17,980 bases of DNA from Candidatus Iainarchaeum sp. (GCA_021162685.1 JAGGYF010000017.1:1-17980); one strand, 5' to 3'; counted from the stretch's first letter, positions 8,660-16,533 are shown. A program made the numbers and translations. The notes: generated from the sequence alone by a model not told the origin.

Positions 8660-9294
8660 GATATAACCTCTGCCAATTTACTGAGGTCTTCTATCTTTAT
8701 AGTATCCCTTTCAAAATCCTCTTCTCTTCCAACACCATTTAACACAGCAACGAAATCCATATCCGCTGCCTTTGCTGCTTTTTCATCAATCGTTGTGTCC
8801 CCAACATACACACACTCAGAAACATCTACACCCAACTGGTTTGCAGCATACACAAGCGGTTCTGCATCTGGCTTTGCATGTTCCACATCATCACAGCTGA
8901 CTATCACATCAAAGAAATCTTTTATGCCCGTTGTTTCTAGCAGAACATGAGCTATTCCTCTTCTGGCATTTGTTACGTTTCCCAATGACATGCCTCTGCT
9001 TTTCAGATATTCAAGACATTCCTTTGTATGGGGTTGTATCATACCATATTCTTCAAAATAACGAGGAAAATTTTTGTCAATATACTCATCCATCTTTTTG
9101 TATTCCTCATCTGTAACTGCTCCAAATAATGACTCAACAATATCCCTTCTGACCTTTCCCATCTGTTTCCATACCTCTTCTTTTGATGGTACTGGGTATC
9201 CAAACATCTCAGCAATATCTCTAAACATGCGCACATTCGCCTCAAGTGACTTCACCAACGTTCCATCAGAGTCAAATAATACTGCCCTTTTCAT
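8647..9294 (-). CDS. HAD-superfamily phosphatase (phosphoglycolate phosphatase-like, subfamily IA)
   Basis: Motif I FDSDGTLV, motif II VTN, motif III KPDAEP, motif IV VGDTTID. Confidence 0.93.
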   Translation of the reverse strand: MKRAVLFDSDGTLVKSLEANVRMFRDIAEMFGYPVPSKEEVWKQMGKVRRDIVESLFGAVTDEEYKKMDEYIDKNFPRYFEEYGMIQPHTKECLEYLKSRGMSLGNVTNARRGIAHVLLETTGIKDFFDVIVSCDDVEHAKPDAEPLVYAANQLGVDVSECVYVGDTTIDEKAAKAADMDFVAVLNGVGREEDFERDTIKIEDLSKLAEVISCMK

Positions 9295-9917
9295 AAGACC
9301 ACTTTTTCAAATGCTTCTGCATATTTACCTTTGCCTATACCTACAGCTCCATACTTTCTAACAAACGGTTCAGAGAGTATTCCCCTGTAGATATTCAATG
9401 CTTTAAATGCCTCTGCGAAATTCCTCCTTTTTAATTCACTTTCATGACACTTCATCGCTTTTAACTTAATCTCCATAATGTCTTCGTCAAAATAAACAAT
9501 AACGTTTGGTTTTTTCAGTGGACTCCATACCTCATAGAGATAAACCTCTTTATCTTTCAGAACGTTTTTAGCTAGATCAAATACGCGGGTATGTGTTGGA
9601 TGCATATCCCTATTGTTTATGAAGACAATATCTGGATTAACTTTCTCATAGACATCTTTCATCTCTTCATACGAGGTTAAGGAATAATCAACATCCAAAA
9701 AGATAGGCTTGCTCCCTACTATTCCACATGCTCTTTCCGCCTCACTCTTTCTAGTCTTTATGCGTTCTGGATCCCCCTCTCTGACACCATGAGTGACATA
9801 AGCTGAGTAAACATCTATGCCTTTCTGAGCCATCATGTACATTGTTGCGCCCATGCCAAATACGTCATCATCTGGGTGCGGTGAGAATATCAACGCCCTT
9901 TCTCCCTCAAATAGCAT
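9291..9917 (-). CDS. PIG-L/LmbE family N-acetylglucosaminyl deacetylase
   Basis: SPHPDDD..GMG, RKSEAERA, HPTH, YLYEVW, KLKAMKCHES, YAEAF. Confidence 0.9.
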   Translation of the reverse strand: MLFEGERALIFSPHPDDDVFGMGATMYMMAQKGIDVYSAYVTHGVREGDPERIKTRKSEAERACGIVGSKPIFLDVDYSLTSYEEMKDVYEKVNPDIVFINNRDMHPTHTRVFDLAKNVLKDKEVYLYEVWSPLKKPNVIVYFDEDIMEIKLKAMKCHESELKRRNFAEAFKALNIYRGILSEPFVRKYGAVGIGKGKYAEAFEKVVL

Positions 9918-10046
9918 ACTAGGGTTTTCTTCGTTTGCTTTAAAATAATTTCCCTACATAGTGCTAAAACCATTATAACCCAGATTATAATAGTAGCAAC
10001 ATTATTATATAAAAACCGCGTATTTTAAGCGAATTTGGTGATGTTA

Positions 10047-11762
10047 ATGAAGAGACACATTCTACTCTCTATTATTCTGTTTGCAGCATGTGCAATGGCT
10101 GTGAACTATACTGAGTGGCAGTTTTCTGTAACAAGCTATGGGGCGGGTACACCTGATGTACAACCCTCTGTTATCTATGACAACGGCGTGATCTTCAAGG
10201 TTGAATCCACAACAACCTCTCGGGCAGTGTGGAGGTTGTATACTACTATACCCTATCCTGGAACTGGTGCCTTTGAAGTGAGCTTTGAGGCAAAAGTGGA
10301 TGCACCAGGCATAGACCTTGATAATGATAAAGTATATACATCAGGAGCTGATGATGGAGATAATATGGATGGTCCGAACCTTTTCTCATATGTATATGCT
10401 GGCAACAGCCTAACACCAGATTCGCCAGGTTTTGATCCTACCTCATTCTCGTTCTGGAATTTCCCCTCAAGCACAACAAAGCTATGTCATGTTCATAGGG
10501 AATGCAACTTCTTTGGTCCAACAGATGGTATGTTTGCGGACTGTGACAGCGCAGGCACAACTATGTACCAGGGTTGGATATTTGATGCAGACAGCCCAAC
10601 AAACTTTGGAAGAGTGCATGAGTATAATGCGCCCGCATTCCAGAACAATGAGTGGAAAGAGATAACCCTAAATATACATGAAGGAGATTGTGCAGATGCA
10701 AACCTGACGAACTACAAGTATGTTACTATAGCGATTCAAGGTATTGACTTTACTGGTTCATATCCATTCACATGGTGGATAAGAAACGTTAAGATATCAT
10801 ATGCTGGCGAGGAAGAGACATTACCATTAGATGTTGTTTATTATGGAGACACTGAGCTTCATGCACCAAACTATTGTGGTGATGGAAAGAAGGCAGGCAA
10901 CGAAGAATGTGACGGCACAGATGGTGTACCAGAGGGATACAGATGCACCTCTAACTGTATGCTTGAAACAGTGTGTGGGGATGGCATTATAGCAGGCGAT
11001 GAGGTATGTGATGGCATACACGTTACAGAAGGCTATGAGTGTAGTGATGATTGTAAGAGCGAAATACCCATCTGTGGCGATAATATAGTGGTTGAAGGGG
11101 AGCTTTGTGATGGTACACAAGTAACACCTGGATTTTTATGCAGTGATGATTGTAAGAGCGAAATACCCATCTGCGGAGATGGCATTGTTGTAGGGACAGA
11201 GGAGTGCGACCTGACAAATGGAACAGATGAAAACCACTTGTGCAGATCTGACTGCAAACTTTACAGAAAATTAAATGAGAAGGAGACCGAGATGGCAGAG
11301 ACAATCATGGACCACATGGCACAGAGCATCATAGGAAAACCATCACTTGATGAGGTAACATTTGACGGACCCGCAAGCATAACAATAAAAGACCTTGAAG
11401 ACCAGATCTTTGTTAGAAACCTCACACAGTTCAACGGAACAGCAATTCAATTCTGTAGTGATGAAATAGGACCATGTGAGGAGAAGTATATCATACCTGA
11501 TACGCTTTTACTTGCTCCAGATACCCTCTATATCCCAGAGGAAACAAAGGGGCTTTTAAAGATATATCTCTCAGAGTATAATGGTAGCCAAACATATTTC
11601 ATAGGCTTCAAACCAAACCCGCCAAGTTTGATACCAAAACTCAGCTTTACAACATGGCTTATCATAGGTGCAATTGTTTTCCTCTTACTAGTGGCAGGGT
11701 TCATCCTTATCCTTGTCCTGGGTGGCTTCATCTATATAAAGAAGTTCAGAAAGAGGAGATAA
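10047..11762 (+). CDS. Secreted, C-terminally membrane-anchored surface protein with four CGDG cysteine-rich (Myxococcus-type/DUF4215-like) repeats
   Basis: Signal peptide MKRHILLSIILFAACAMA; aromatic/acidic beta-rich N-domain; 4x CGD(G/N)x5E(E/V/L)CD; long hydrophobic segment then KKFRKRR. Start may be 10035-10047. Confidence 0.85.
   Translation: MKRHILLSIILFAACAMAVNYTEWQFSVTSYGAGTPDVQPSVIYDNGVIFKVESTTTSRAVWRLYTTIPYPGTGAFEVSFEAKVDAPGIDLDNDKVYTSGADDGDNMDGPNLFSYVYAGNSLTPDSPGFDPTSFSFWNFPSSTTKLCHVHRECNFFGPTDGMFADCDSAGTTMYQGWIFDADSPTNFGRVHEYNAPAFQNNEWKEITLNIHEGDCADANLTNYKYVTIAIQGIDFTGSYPFTWWIRNVKISYAGEEETLPLDVVYYGDTELHAPNYCGDGKKAGNEECDGTDGVPEGYRCTSNCMLETVCGDGIIAGDEVCDGIHVTEGYECSDDCKSEIPICGDNIVVEGELCDGTQVTPGFLCSDDCKSEIPICGDGIVVGTEECDLTNGTDENHLCRSDCKLYRKLNEKETEMAETIMDHMAQSIIGKPSLDEVTFDGPASITIKDLEDQIFVRNLTQFNGTAIQFCSDEIGPCEEKYIIPDTLLLAPDTLYIPEETKGLLKIYLSEYNGSQTYFIGFKPNPPSLIPKLSFTTWLIIGAIVFLLLVAGFILILVLGGFIYIKKFRKRR
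11043..11173 (+). repeat. 32-bp exact intragenic repeat at 99-bp spacing (11043-11074, 11142-11173)
   Basis: AGTGATGATTGTAAGAGCGAAATACCCATCTG occurs twice, encoding SDDCKSEIPIC. Confidence 0.9.
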
Positions 11763-11796
11763 AATTTAAATAAGATAAAAGGCAAAAGGGAATACT

Positions 11797-11958
11797 ATGC
11801 GTGTAAAGAGTGATAAAGTTCAAGCACCAATGAGTGCAGCTGGCCTTGTTAGATATTTTGATATCTCCGGCGGTGGAGTATCCGTTCCGCCAGAATATAT
11901 CGCTATTGTGGCTGCTGTTTTTATAGTCGCTGAGATCATAGCCTGGTTTGTGTTGTAA
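11797..11958 (+). CDS. secG: Preprotein translocase subunit Sec61beta (archaeal SecG), 53 aa; not in ORF track
   Basis: MRVKSDKVQAPMSAAGLVRYFDISGGGVSVPPEYIAIVAAVFIVAEIIAWFVL*; AGLVRYFD..P signature and a single C-terminal TM; TTTAAATA box at 11765-11772. Confidence 0.92.
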   Translation: MRVKSDKVQAPMSAAGLVRYFDISGGGVSVPPEYIAIVAAVFIVAEIIAWFVL

Positions 11959-11970
11959 AAATCATAAAGG

Positions 11971-11999
11971 TTAAATAATCCTTTTGCAAAAATACTACT
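11971..11999 (+). promoter_or_regulatory. Leaderless-type promoter: TTAAATA TATA box plus TTTTGCAAAA palindrome; duplicated at 13210-13238
   Basis: TATA begins 29 nt before the ATG in both paralogs; the upstream 29 nt differ by one base. Confidence 0.65.
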
Positions 12000-13136
12000 A
12001 TGCCATTCAGAAAAAAGCCAAAGGAAGAACTTGTTAATGCAGCAATGCACCCAAGTGCAACAAGAAAATTCCTCAGGAAGTTCCATGAATACGGCAGAGG
12101 AAAAGGTTGGTTTCCAGAACTGCCAAAAGACATAAGAGAAGAAGAGCTTGGAAGATGGATGCGAAAAAACACAACACTTTCTGACAAAGAACTCGTGGAG
12201 AAAATGAGGGAATGGGTGCATAACTACGGCATACCTGGACTTTGGAAGGAGCTATTTTCTAGGCATTCTGGTTTGCCTTTCCCACGGAGAAAAACACTAT
12301 CTGGGTTTCTTCAGACACATCATGGCGACTGCATAGCAATGTCAACTACATTAGGTGAGATGGCAAAAGAGATGGGATTTGATGTGAAGTACTATGCTGT
12401 TGATAAAAAGGACATTGATAAAAGCAGATTGACAGAAGAAGAAAAACAGGTTGTTGAAAGTAGAAAAAGCAACCATGCCTATGTTACTATAGAGGGAGAA
12501 CAACATGATCCTGCCTTTAATCTTTCATACACAAATCATAAAGGAAAGCCACAGACAAGGGAAGAGCGCGCAGCAGATATATGGACAAATCATGGGGCTC
12601 TGCTAGATGAGATGGAACAACCAGAAAAAGCATTGACTGCACATGACATTGCATTAGAGCTAAATCCAAATCATGCAGGAGCATGGAACAACAGGGGCAT
12701 TACACTTGCCAATCTTGGAAAGTATAAAGAAGCCATTAAACACTATGATAAAGCGTTAAAGATAAACCCAAATCATGCAGGAGCATGGAACAACAGGGGC
12801 AAGGCACTTGCCAATCTTGGAAAGTATAAAGAAGCCATTAAACACTATGATAAAGCGTTAAAGATAGACCCAAATCTTGCAGAAGCATGGAAGAATAAAG
12901 GCGATGTACTGTCTATTATGGGTAGATATGAAGAAGCTATTGAGCATTTCGACAAAGCATTAGAGAGAAATCCAAAATATGCAGAAGCATGGAGCGACAA
13001 AGGCAGTGCACTTGCCAATCTTGGAAAGTACGAAGAAGCTATCAAGCATTTCGACAAAGCATTAGAGCTAAATCCAAACCTCATGACAGCATGGCTCGGC
13101 AAAGAGTTTGCACTTGCTGCTCTCGGAAAGTTATAA
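12000..13136 (+). CDS. Transglutaminase-like (Cys-His-Asp) domain plus TPR-repeat protein, paralog 1, intact triad
   Basis: GDC111IAMS..EMGFDV, NH159AYV, HD170PA, then about 5-6 TPRs (AWNNRG..LANLGKYKEAIKHYDKAL.INP). Confidence 0.85.
   Translation: MPFRKKPKEELVNAAMHPSATRKFLRKFHEYGRGKGWFPELPKDIREEELGRWMRKNTTLSDKELVEKMREWVHNYGIPGLWKELFSRHSGLPFPRRKTLSGFLQTHHGDCIAMSTTLGEMAKEMGFDVKYYAVDKKDIDKSRLTEEEKQVVESRKSNHAYVTIEGEQHDPAFNLSYTNHKGKPQTREERAADIWTNHGALLDEMEQPEKALTAHDIALELNPNHAGAWNNRGITLANLGKYKEAIKHYDKALKINPNHAGAWNNRGKALANLGKYKEAIKHYDKALKIDPNLAEAWKNKGDVLSIMGRYEEAIEHFDKALERNPKYAEAWSDKGSALANLGKYEEAIKHFDKALELNPNLMTAWLGKEFALAALGKL
12666..12890 (+). repeat. 102-bp-period near-identical TPR-coding tandem repeats in paralog 1
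   Basis: CCAAATC(A/T)TGCAG units start at 12666, 12768 and 12870. Confidence 0.9.
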
Positions 13137-13238
13137 AGAAACTATCAAAACTATTGAAGAAGCACCCAAGGTTATGATGGAGAGGATTGAGAACACTGTT
13201 CAGAAATCTTTAAATAATTCTTTTGCAAAAATACTACT

Positions 13239-14306
13239 ATGCCATTCAGAAAAAAGCCAAAGGAAGAACTTGTCAACGCAGCAATGCACCCAAGTGCAAC
13301 AAGAAAATTCCTCAGGAAGTTCCATGAATACGGCAGAGGAAAAGGCTGGTTTCCAGAACTGCCAAAAAACATAAGAGAAGAAGAGCTTGGAAAATGGATA
13401 CGAAAAAACACAACGCTTTCTGACAAAGAACTCGTGGAGAAAATGAGGGAATGGGTGCATGATTATACAAGCGTCAAGATGATAGCTGAGGATTTTCCCG
13501 AATTGGACAAAGCCCATGAGTTGCTAACACAAATATTAACAACACCTCCACAAAAAACACTATCTGCATTTCTTCAAACACACCATGGCAATAGCATAGC
13601 AAAGTCAACTGCACTAGGTGAGATGGCAAGGGAGATGGGATTTGATGTGAAGTATCATATTGTTGGTAAAGAAGGTGTTGATAAAAGCAAATTAACAGAA
13701 AAAGGAAAGCAGAGTATTGAACGGCAAAGAGGACGTCATGCTTACGTTGTCATAGACGGAGAACAGCATGATCCTGCCTTTAATCTTTCATACACAAATC
13801 ATAAAGGAAAGCCACAGACAAGGGAAGAGCACGCAGCAATGATATGGACAACGCACGGGGCTCTTCTAGATGAAATGGGAAAACTAGAAAAAGCATTGAC
13901 TGCGCACGACATTGCGTTAGAGTTAGATCCGAAGAATGCATTGTTATGGAACAACAAAGGTGTTGCTCTTTCCGAGATGGGCAGATATGAAGAAGCCCTT
14001 GAACACTATGACAAAGCCTTAGAAATAGACTCAAAGGATGCATTGGCATGGATTAACAAAGCCATCACTCTTTCCGAGATGGGCAGATACAAAGAAGCCC
14101 TTGAACATCATGACAAAGCCTTAGAAATAGACTCAAAGGATGCATTGGCATGGATCGGCAAAGCCATCACTCTTTCCGAGATGGAAAGATATGAAGAAGC
14201 CCTTGAAACCATTGAAGAAACACTTGACAGGATTCCAAAGGATCATCCTTTAAGGGATAAAATTGAGGAATTGCAAAGATATTTGAGGAACTATCTGAGG
14301 GGATAG
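13239..14306 (+). CDS. Transglutaminase-like plus TPR-repeat protein, paralog 2, catalytic Cys replaced by Ser
   Basis: GNS119IAKS (AGC at 13593-13595 versus TGC at 12330-12332), RH167AYV, HD178PA, about 4 TPRs. Confidence 0.85.
   Translation: MPFRKKPKEELVNAAMHPSATRKFLRKFHEYGRGKGWFPELPKNIREEELGKWIRKNTTLSDKELVEKMREWVHDYTSVKMIAEDFPELDKAHELLTQILTTPPQKTLSAFLQTHHGNSIAKSTALGEMAREMGFDVKYHIVGKEGVDKSKLTEKGKQSIERQRGRHAYVVIDGEQHDPAFNLSYTNHKGKPQTREEHAAMIWTTHGALLDEMGKLEKALTAHDIALELDPKNALLWNNKGVALSEMGRYEEALEHYDKALEIDSKDALAWINKAITLSEMGRYKEALEHHDKALEIDSKDALAWIGKAITLSEMERYEEALETIEETLDRIPKDHPLRDKIEELQRYLRNYLRG
13966..14207 (+). repeat. 102-bp-period near-identical TPR-coding tandem repeats in paralog 2
   Basis: CTCTTTCCGAGATGG units start at 13966, 14068 and 14170. 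Confidence 0.9.
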
Positions 14307-14430
14307 TCCTAAAAAGAAAAAAGAAATGGAGACGACTGAGGACACTATTCAAGAGGTTTTTCAGAAGCAAGAGGTAGCAAAAAATTTTTAAATAAAGACA
14401 TGCATAATTTACCACTAGAGAGTGAGTACT

Positions 14431-15114
14431 ATGAAAAAGGCCTTTTTGCTTGTTTTCATGGCTTTTTTAGCATATGCTGCGCAGTTTTCAGTGTACCACA
14501 GCGGGGATATTGTCTTTAATCAGACAAATAGCTATGTTATAAGCGCTGTTGATGCTGAAACAGGGCAACCTGTTCCAAATACTTATGTAGATGTGATCTA
14601 CAATAACAGCGTCCTTGTGACAAGTGAGTTGGATAATGGAAAGGCAGTGTTTGATATACTACCTACGCATCTTGGAAGTGTGTTTTTCAGGATATATGCT
14701 GAGAATTATTCAGATTATTATATTATTGAAAATATACGATTACCATTAACGAACACCACAGAAGAAATAACAACCACCACAAGCGAGAATGAAACAAAAA
14801 CAACGATGGCAACAACAGGTTTTGTAACTGCCAAAGAGAGCAAGAGAAGCGACGGAGCCCCACTTTTTACATGGGCAATCATTGGCATTGTTGTGATAAT
14901 TGGGATAGCAAGCGCAATTGTTGTATTCTACAGTGATTCTGGGATAGATGAGGAAGAGGCAGATGATAGCTCACCAGAGACATTGGAAGAGCTTACAGAA
15001 GAAAAAGGTGTTGAGGAGCCACAGTACAAAGGGTTTGAGAAGGCACTTGTAAAACTTGAAGGCGAGGAGTATGTTGAAGACTCTACCCTACAAGACCCTA
15101 ACAGCTCACAGTGA
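14431..15114 (+). CDS. Single-pass membrane/surface protein with signal peptide, Ig/CarboxypepD-like beta domain, Thr-rich stalk and acidic cytoplasmic tail
   Basis: MKKAFLLVFMAFLAYA signal; VDAETGQPVPNTYV..ELDNGKAVF; several NxT/S sequons; TM FTWAIIGIVVIIGIASAIVVFY. Confidence 0.8.
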   Translation: MKKAFLLVFMAFLAYAAQFSVYHSGDIVFNQTNSYVISAVDAETGQPVPNTYVDVIYNNSVLVTSELDNGKAVFDILPTHLGSVFFRIYAENYSDYYIIENIRLPLTNTTEEITTTTSENETKTTMATTGFVTAKESKRSDGAPLFTWAIIGIVVIIGIASAIVVFYSDSGIDEEEADDSSPETLEELTEEKGVEEPQYKGFEKALVKLEGEEYVEDSTLQDPNSSQ

Positions 15115-15811
15115 ATCTTTTTTCACCATCTTTTGTCTTTAGTTTAAATTTGTAGTCTCCTCTGCCTTCTATTTTCCAGGTGGCAACATTTGTTGGATCA
15201 GTGATATTTATTTCATAACACAATTTTTTTGACCCACAATTTGTACATGACTTAAATGCTACTAATTCAAAGTCAAAGCCCGTTTCTGCTTTTTTGTCTT
15301 CTATATATCGCTGACCATCAAGTTTGCAGTTATGCCAATCCATATACCCGCACAATTCTTTTGGATCAAAATCCCGATATATCTCATAAAATTTGTAGAA
15401 TGGATGTCCAACCACTGTGCTATATGAATAGCCTTTCATGTCTACAATAACATCGCCATAATCTAAGACCAACGAAGGGAAGGTGATTTTTGCTAGTGTA
15501 TTCCTGTTACGTGTGTTTGATAGAACAACATCGGCCCTTATTCCTGTTCTCGCCTTTATCTCATTTTCAATCTTCTTTTCCATCTCTACTTTTTCGTTGA
15601 TTTCTGGGTTGTGATATATCGTATCATATACAATACTAGATACTTCGGCAAGTTTCTTTTCTGTTGTGAATATCGCCTTCTTTATTTTTCCCTCTTTTGC
15701 TATGCTCTGGCTAGTTGCATCGTCAGAATTTTGGATATAGATGGAAAAAGTGGCCACTATCACAAACAATGCGATAAATACGATAGGAGTTATCATATAT
15801 CCTCTTTTCAT
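15098..15811 (-). CDS. Pilin-like protein with class III-type signal peptide and Cys-containing C-domain
   Basis: MKRG|YMITPIVFIALFVIVATFSIY: short basic leader, Gly, hydrophobic helix. Confidence 0.65.
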   Translation of the reverse strand: MKRGYMITPIVFIALFVIVATFSIYIQNSDDATSQSIAKEGKIKKAIFTTEKKLAEVSSIVYDTIYHNPEINEKVEMEKKIENEIKARTGIRADVVLSNTRNRNTLAKITFPSLVLDYGDVIVDMKGYSYSTVVGHPFYKFYEIYRDFDPKELCGYMDWHNCKLDGQRYIEDKKAETGFDFELVAFKSCTNCGSKKLCYEINITDPTNVATWKIEGRGDYKFKLKTKDGEKRFTVSC

Positions 15812-16038
15812 TTTTTATCCTCTTCCAGTGTTTTGATTTCTAATTGTATAATTCTAGCTTCTAACTCATCCAGTCGCTTATTTGTTGCTCTGTACGCCTC
15901 GTCTGATTTTGATATGAGTCTTACAAGCTTTGATATCTCGCTCCTAATTACTCCAATCTCTGCGCTAATAGAACGCACTGCTTCATCAAGTTCGCTTACG
16001 TGTTTTTCCAAAGATTCTATTCTCTTACTTCCAAGCAT
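15808..16038 (-). CDS. Small coiled-coil protein, 76 aa
   Basis: Heptad pattern throughout; abuts the upstream stop and has an ATGA overlap with the downstream gene. Confidence 0.75.
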   Translation of the reverse strand: MLGSKRIESLEKHVSELDEAVRSISAEIGVIRSEISKLVRLISKSDEAYRATNKRLDELEARIIQLEIKTLEEDKK

Positions 16039-16533
16039 TTAGCACACCTCTTTTGGATGTTCCCATTTAAACCAAGTACCATACACAACATTAAATGTTC
16101 CACATGCTGTTTTTACAGAATATTTTGCCACAGGTATTTCGTCTAGGCACACACTTTTTCTGTAGTCATATATCCTGGTCTCATTTGCAGCAAATATATA
16201 ATGCTTTTTTCCTCTATTTATGCTGTATAGTGTATCATTTATTTCTTTTTCTAATCCAGGGCAGTAGTCTTTACTGCCTTTGATACAGCTATTACATGCC
16301 CTGAATATAAGGAGATCCCCTATTCTTCCTCTTGCCACCTCCTTTCCGCTATTTTTTACGATGATTTGTTTGTTTAGTATAGTGAGTAATGTACTCTGGT
16401 GTTGTGCTGATTCATACCTAAGTGTTTGGCTCCTTAGTGCACTTTGGCCCAAGAACAAATGCATTGTTATAAGTACTATGGACAATGCCAGGATTAACAT
16501 CAATGAGTCCACAAGTGCCTGTCCTCTTCTCAT
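16039..16533 (-). CDS. Pilin-like protein with class III signal peptide
   Basis: MRRG|QALVDSLMLILALSIVLITMHLF; acidic residue at +5; six Cys. Confidence 0.8.
   Translation of the reverse strand: MRRGQALVDSLMLILALSIVLITMHLFLGQSALRSQTLRYESAQHQSTLLTILNKQIIVKNSGKEVARGRIGDLLIFRACNSCIKGSKDYCPGLEKEINDTLYSINRGKKHYIFAANETRIYDYRKSVCLDEIPVAKYSVKTACGTFNVVYGTWFKWEHPKEVC

Larger units (their letters stand above)
11971..13460 (+). repeat. Near-identical ~250-bp direct repeats (11971-12221 and 13210-13460) covering promoter and first 74 codons of the tandem paralogs
   Basis: Constant 1239-bp offset with only a handful of substitutions; a further 64-bp exact block at 12504-12567 and 13767-13830. Confidence 0.95.

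Noticed and set aside
9918-10034. tRNA or other ncRNA in the largest intergenic gap
   Set aside because: AT-rich divergent promoter region with no cloverleaf or GC-rich stems.
13108-13374. 88-aa ORF as an independent gene
   Set aside because: Its start is the frameshifted continuation of paralog 1's last TPR; the rest is out-of-frame overlap with paralog 2.
11820-13517. Duplicated minus-strand ORFs (11820-12221, 11936-12187, 13172-13426, 13200-13517) as antitoxin or immunity genes
   Set aside because: They are antisense shadows of secG and the duplicated N-termini; their similarity follows from the DNA duplication.
12666-14207. 102-bp periodic repeats as CRISPR or non-coding array
   Set aside because: The period equals 34 codons, in frame, and encodes TPR units.
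12000-14306. Diversity-generating retroelement template/variable repeat pair
   Set aside because: Differences between repeats are not adenine-specific, both copies are coding, and no reverse transcriptase is in the window.
14326-14391. Small ORF METTEDTIQEVFQKQEVAKNF after paralog 2
   Set aside because: All four differences from the homologous block at 13177-13202 are non-synonymous in this frame; the alternative WRRLRTLF frame fits better.
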